Below, piece after piece: positions 57,960 through 64,000 of a stretch of 64,000 nucleotides of DNA. The position numbers were made by a program, and so were the translations under genes. Positions within the stretch are counted from its first letter, which is position 1, and every line of letters starts with the position of its first letter. Below the pieces are notes generated by a model. It made no database searches and was not told the origin of the DNA. It saw only the letters and a program-made list of their open reading frames with translations. This DNA is from Octopus vulgaris (lineage: Eukaryota). The stretch lies in the NCBI GenBank assembly GCA_951406725.2, contig OX597828.1, positions 25,606,001 to 25,670,000 of the forward strand. Direction: 5' to 3'.

Positions 57960-58422
57960 AGCCTTAATTAATCCTTTCTAAATTTAGCGCATGACTAGCA
58001 ATCTTGAGCGGGTGGGGATTGTTTAATCAACCCCAGAGCTCCACAGGTCCCTAGTTCTAATAAACGTTGGAAGTAAAATCGACCTCGGAGATACTTAGTG
58101 AGACTTAATTAATAAATTCCAACTTCACAAAGCTTTGTTCACATAAGGTATTTCTTCATTTGCTGTCTACATAAAGGAAAGATGGGTTTAAATGTACTAT
58201 GAATGTCGGTTTTGGGGCATGTCACTGATGAAGCACAACGATACAGAAGCAAGTGTCCTATTGTCCGATGACGTAACTCATAGCTTAGTTTGATGTGATT
58301 TTACACATAATATCTATAAGGAGAATTTCTCTTCCAACTCAGTTACTCCACTGAAGAAGGTCTGTATGCGTTTGACTGTACACGAACGTGTTAAATATAA
58401 ATATCAACAGCTTTATATATCC

Positions 58423-58554
<132 letters not shown>

Positions 58555-58634
58555 GCATGCATGCATGTATGTATGTATGTATGTATGTATGTATGTATGT
58601 ATGTATGTATGTATGTATGTATGTATGTATGTAT

Positions 58635-58800
58635 CGCGTTTTTTTTCATTCTCTTTCTCCCCCTCCACCTTAATCTTTTCTGTCGAAGAGCGCAGGCTCG
58701 AAACGTCAAAGACATTTCCATTCTTTCCGAGCGTTAAATTAATACACCTGCTTGTTGTTCCTTCACCTGTCTTCGTCTTTTGTTTTCTGTAAATTTGAAC
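58635..58800 (+). mobile_element. Penelope-like pLTR fragment with minimal HHR (58675-58712, A6U core)
   Basis: TTTT-CTGTCGA-A-GAGC gcag GCTC-GAAA-CGT-C-AAAG. Confidence 0.7.
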
Positions 58801-58835
58801 TATATATATATATATATATGTATGTGTATGTGTGC

Positions 58836-58876
<41 letters not shown>

Positions 58877-58962
58877 TATATGTATGTATAGTGAGATATT
58901 AATAGATAAAACAGATAAATGGTTACATAGACAAATATGTACTTACATATAATACACACACA

Positions 58963-59015
<53 letters not shown>

Positions 59016-59278
59016 GTATATATGTATCATGTTTGTGTATATGTGCTTGTGTGTGTAAGTACAGGACGTACGTATGTATAAACATAGACTCAATTTACTC
59101 CTGATATCTGTTTGTACATACGCACATATATGTAAGTATATGTGTATATACTCACATATACACACACACACATATATATGTACGTATGTATGTATGTATG
59201 TATGTATGTATGTATGTTTGTATGTATGTATATATCTATGTATATATATATATGCATATGTTGTGATATATATATATA

Positions 59279-59315
<37 letters not shown>

Positions 59316-59343
59316 TATTTGTAAATATATATATATACATGTA

Positions 59344-59384
<41 letters not shown>

Positions 59385-60419
59385 ATCTATCTATATCTAT
59401 TTACCTATATATACGTTTCTGTTACAAGAAGGCACAGACGATAATAACAAAGTTTATGAATAATTTAATCTCAGTAAATTTCTGTCGGCGTCAGCTAAGA
59501 TGAAAGGCGGCAAAGTTGCGCAGTAGCTTCCTGTGCTACCAAGCCGGGCGTTTCAGGGCGTGGCTAGGTTTACAGCATGACTGCAGTGTCCATTCTATGC
59601 CAGAATGGACTGTCTGTCTACTAACAAATAGGTAAGCATGATTGTGTCATGGTGATCGGCAGATGAGACGAGAACCAGGTTGAAGAGACTTTGCTTTGAC
59701 ACTGGTAGCTGACATAAGCGATTAGATAAAGAAATACAACCGAGGAGATCTACATATGCACACACACATACACATACACACATACGCATATACACTTCTT
59801 CTTCATATAAAAGTACACACACATATATTTTCCTCTTCACTCATACACACACCTCTGCAAATCCCATGCATACACACATCCTTTCGTTTTCACTCAGAAA
59901 GAGACAAGCACAGAAAAACAGACGTATACGTATAGTCTGCCTCTGTCTCTCTGTCTCTGTCTCTCTCCCTCTTTCTCTCTTTCTGTCTCCCTCACACACA
60001 TACATGTCAGCGCCTGTATATATTTACGTGTGTGCTCGTGTTTGTGTGATCTCTCGTCTGTCTTAGCTACGAAAGTTAATGCACACACAGCCTTCAATGG
60101 GCACATATACACAGTATGTGTTTGTGAATGCGCATGTGTATTGGAAGTGAGTTTAAGGAACTCAAGAATTCTGAAAAATAAATGTTGAGTGCCCCCCCCC
60201 CCCCCCACACACACATACACAATGATACATACACTTGCACTCATTAGAAAAAATAAGGATTCTTAACCTTGACACAATGTCATATTTTACAGAGGTGAGG
60301 TGGGGGCAATCGCTTATAGTAACCTCAATATTTGAGAGCAATTTGATTTAATATGTCCCTGAAGGATGAAAAGCAAAGTCAGAATGAACTCAGAATGTTA
60401 AGTGCCAAAATTATATATT

Positions 60420-60958
60420 AGTCATAATTAAAAATGACAAGCCATAATTAAACACAAGATATCCTAATTATATACAAGTTATAATTTAGCGGTTCGGCTA
60501 AAGGAGACCGATAGAATAAGTACTGGGCTTACAAAGAATAAGTCCCGGGGTCGAGTTGCTCGATTAAAGGCGGTGCTCCAACATGGCCGCAGTCAAAATG
60601 ACTGAAACAAGTAATAAGAGAAAAAAAAATGCAAGTTATAATTAATATGATAGGTCATAATTATATACAAGTCATAATTAGATAAAGCAAGCCATAATTA
60701 TATACGGCAAGTTATAATTAAATGCGATAAGTCACAGTTAAATACAGCAGGTCATAATTAAATACAAGTCATAATTAAATATGATAGGTCATAATTAAAT
60801 ACAAGTCATAATTAAATATGATAGGTCATAATTAAATACAAGTCATAATTAAATATGATAGGTCATAATTAAATACAAGTCATAATTAAATATGATAGGT
60901 CATAATTAAATACAAGTCATAATTAAATATGATAGGTCATTATTAAATACAAGTCATA
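60420..60958. repeat. 37-bp minisatellite built from GTCATAATTAAAT subunits
   Basis: ATAGGTCATAATTAAATACAAGTCATAATTAAATATG repeats at 60784, 60821, 60858 and 60895, and decays leftwards. Confidence 0.9.
60487..60628 (+). mobile_element. SINE family A 3' fragment inserted in the minisatellite
   Basis: TAGCGGTTCGGC..ATGACTGAAACAAG, flanked by CAAGTTATAATT on both sides. Confidence 0.85.
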
Positions 60959-62214
60959 AACGAGGGGAGGGAAAGATTTTGAAAGCGATCTACCGTACAA
61001 GAGATGAATATTTCGTCTTCGATTTAATTCTGGTAAATTGTTTCTACACTAAACTTTTCTCAACAATCGAGCATTTCGCACCCCACTGAGCACTGGATTG
61101 CCCAACTGCATCATTTGTACTACTTTCCAACGAGTGTGAACAGGATTTTGCAAGTAACATGTGTTTAAAATCAGAAAAAAAAGTTCCCTGAAGCGAGGGC
61201 CTTCATTTTGGCTTACGCCTGATTCTCGTAAATCTGAAAAAAAAAAAAGACATTTGAAATAATTAGAGCCAACAGTGAAAATCAGAACGTTATGAGAACC
61301 AAAACTAATAAAATGACTCAGCTGGGAATCGAAACCGCATCGCAAGGTCTGATTATCAGAAAATTTCAACTACAGAACACTGCACTACATATTGCACATT
61401 TGACACGTGTTTACTTGTGTATAAAACGACCTTCAGAGAGAAAGGACAACGTAGGAAGGAACAAAATCATTGCGTACACTCCTTCACACATTATCGATGT
61501 AACTACAAACGTAGCGAAGAGCTCCGGTCGTTGATTAACAAAAATTTCCCGATAAGACACTAATATCACAGATCTTCGAGAAAAACAGCATAAAGGTGAA
61601 TTCAGCTGTTTAGGCGCCAAAGCCTCTCAAATCTTTCACGACATCTCAAAACTTAGGAATAATTCGTCTCCCTAATAGACTAAATGCACTGACACGTTCG
61701 CTCCATGGAAAATTCCTATGAATGATCCTTGCATATAAAAATTGAAGTGTTAACAGTAGAAACTTTTGGGATATCATACATGGAACTAACAGAAAACACT
61801 TCCAAAAACGTGTGCACGCTACATAATTGCTTTAAATCTGAAGACAGAAACTACTGCACACCACTGTCCTAATACATCTGGAAAATCAAAAGTAGAGGAA
61901 TAAATGGGATTACGATGAACATAAAAAGTTATCGAAAACTTGCGAGACAGTGACTGCATAACGTACAATTAGCATGATTATCATAAAATATGTAAGTTAA
62001 TATCTCACTGAATCTAATTTCATGTCTATACAGACGTATCTATAGTAAAAGCATGTAAGATATATCCTATTAGAATTTTTTTCAGACAAAGAATCAAATA
62101 ATACGTAATAGCATGCGTGTGTGTATGTGTGTGTGTGATTGTGTGTATGTGTGTGTTTATCTCTCACCAGATGAAGTACTTTTTTGTTGAATTATCTATC
62201 ATGGATCAGTACAT

Positions 62215-62269
<55 letters not shown>

Positions 62270-62271
<2 letters not shown>

Positions 62272-62472
62272 CCGCGTGTGTACCGTTGGCCATTTTTCTT
62301 CCTCCGTCTTCCCTTCTCTGGATCTTTCCTTTTCCTGTGTTTCTGACGAAGAGCTCCGCTCGAAACGTTAAACCCTCCTTCTTTATTTCTATCCTGAGCG
62401 TCCAATAATACTATATTTGTTCCACGTCCTCGCGTTGTTGTGTTTTCTCTTTGTGTTTTCATGCTTGGATTA

Positions 62473-62478
<6 letters not shown>
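62270..62478 (+). mobile_element. Penelope-like pLTR fragment with minimal HHR (62339-62373, canonical core)
   Basis: GTTT-CTGACGA-A-GAGC tcc GCTC-GAAA-CGT-T-AAAC. Flanked by (TA)n on both sides. Confidence 0.75.
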
Positions 62479-62563
<85 letters not shown>

Positions 62564-62814
62564 GTTGAGAAAAAAGTCGTCAGAATTTTGGAAAAAATTC
62601 CTTTTATTTCTTATTAGCGTTTTGGTTCCTTTCTAGAACTTGTCAAATAAAATTATGTGAATGTAGAAACAGCTTCTTCATTTATATAAAACATGTTTTT
62701 GGTGGGGTTTGTTTAGAAGAGAATATTATTATTGTTTTTTTTTTTTGTGAGGTTCTTTGACAATGGAGATGGATAGATAGAAATATAGGTAGGTAGATAG
62801 GCTGATAGACAGAC

Positions 62815-62907
<93 letters not shown>

Positions 62908-63330
62908 TATAGACAGACAGACAGACAGACAGATAGACATTTATTTATTTATGTAGTCCTTTACCATTGTATTGAAATGGGTTTAAGGATGGTGACGTCT
63001 TAAAAAAAAGGTGTTGTTTGGTCATCACTGAAAGTCATTTTCTTTTCTTTCTCTCTTCACCCTTCTTCCTTTCCCCTTTTCTTTTTTTCTCTTCCTTTTT
63101 CATTCCTGTTCTCTCCTTCCCTTCCTTTTCTCCCCTTTGGGTTATATTTAGAATATACCCATTCCAAACATTCATTTTTTAAGGGAATTTTTTTATAAAG
63201 TTTAGTTCTGTATGAAAATACATTAGTATAATATTTGCATATTAACCATTTGAAAAATCAATCAGTAAATAAAATAAAACGAATATATATGTATACACAT
63301 ACATTACACACATGTATATACATATATCTA

Positions 63331-63489
<159 letters not shown>

Positions 63490-63500
63490 ATATATATATT

Positions 63501-63906
63501 TACTCTTACTCTTACTCTTTTACTCTTTACTTGTTTCAGTCATTTGACTGCGGCCATGCTGGAGCACCGCCTTTAGTCGAGCAAATCGACCCCGGGACTT
63601 ATTCTTTGTAAGCCTAGTACTTATTCTATCGGTCTTTTTTGCCGAACCGCTAACTGACGGGGACGTAAACACACCATCATCGGTTGTCAAGCAATGCTAG
63701 GGGGACAAACACAAACACACACATACACATACATATACATATATACGACAGGCTTCTTTCAGTTTCCGTCTACCAAATCCACTCACAAGGCATTGGTCGG
63801 CCCGAAGCTATAGTAGAAGACACTCGCCCAAGATGCCACGCAGTGGGATTGAACCCGGAACCATGTCGTTGGTTAGCAAGCTACTTACCACACAGCCACT
63901 CCTGCA

Positions 63907-63908
<2 letters not shown>
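63501..63908 (-). mobile_element. SINE family A, full length
   Basis: Matches 765-1194 end to end. Confidence 0.92.
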
Positions 63909-63974
<66 letters not shown>

Positions 63975-64000
63975 CATATACATATATATGTATATATATA

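Noticed and set aside
58346-58395. CTGAAGA-GGTC..GACT with a near-palindrome ACACGAACGTGT
   Set aside because: GAAA is destroyed and stem I is unpaired; at most a dead remnant.
60750-60958. 37-bp periodic repeat resembling a CRISPR array in unit length
   Set aside because: The units are contiguous with no unique spacers and no cas genes, and the context is eukaryotic.
61049-61140. Possible Tc1-like HTH peptide (RWKVVQMMQLG)
   Set aside because: It is too short and I identified no TIR pair or DDE region.

Overview
AT-rich, microsatellite-saturated eukaryotic DNA with no intact protein-coding gene that I can support. Nearly all ORFs in the track are translated (TA)n/(CA)n/(TATG)n/trinucleotide repeats. 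The repeat landscape suggests an intron or intergenic region of an octopus/coleoid cephalopod (inference). It contains several tRNA-derived SINE families, 3' remnants of RTE- and CR1-type LINEs, a mariner remnant and MITE-like elements. The main unexplained signal is RNA-structural. At 3069-4611 a three-copy 488-bp tandem array carries a type I hammerhead ribozyme (HHR) in every unit and has a 93-bp inverted 5' segment, matching a retrozyme or Penelope-type pseudo-LTR array. At least seven further HHR motifs lie in small inserts flanked by (TA)n or other microsatellites, including core variants that covary at the C3:G8 pair (G3:C8 and U3:A8) and an A6U variant. All structures were folded by eye and none has been computed or tested.
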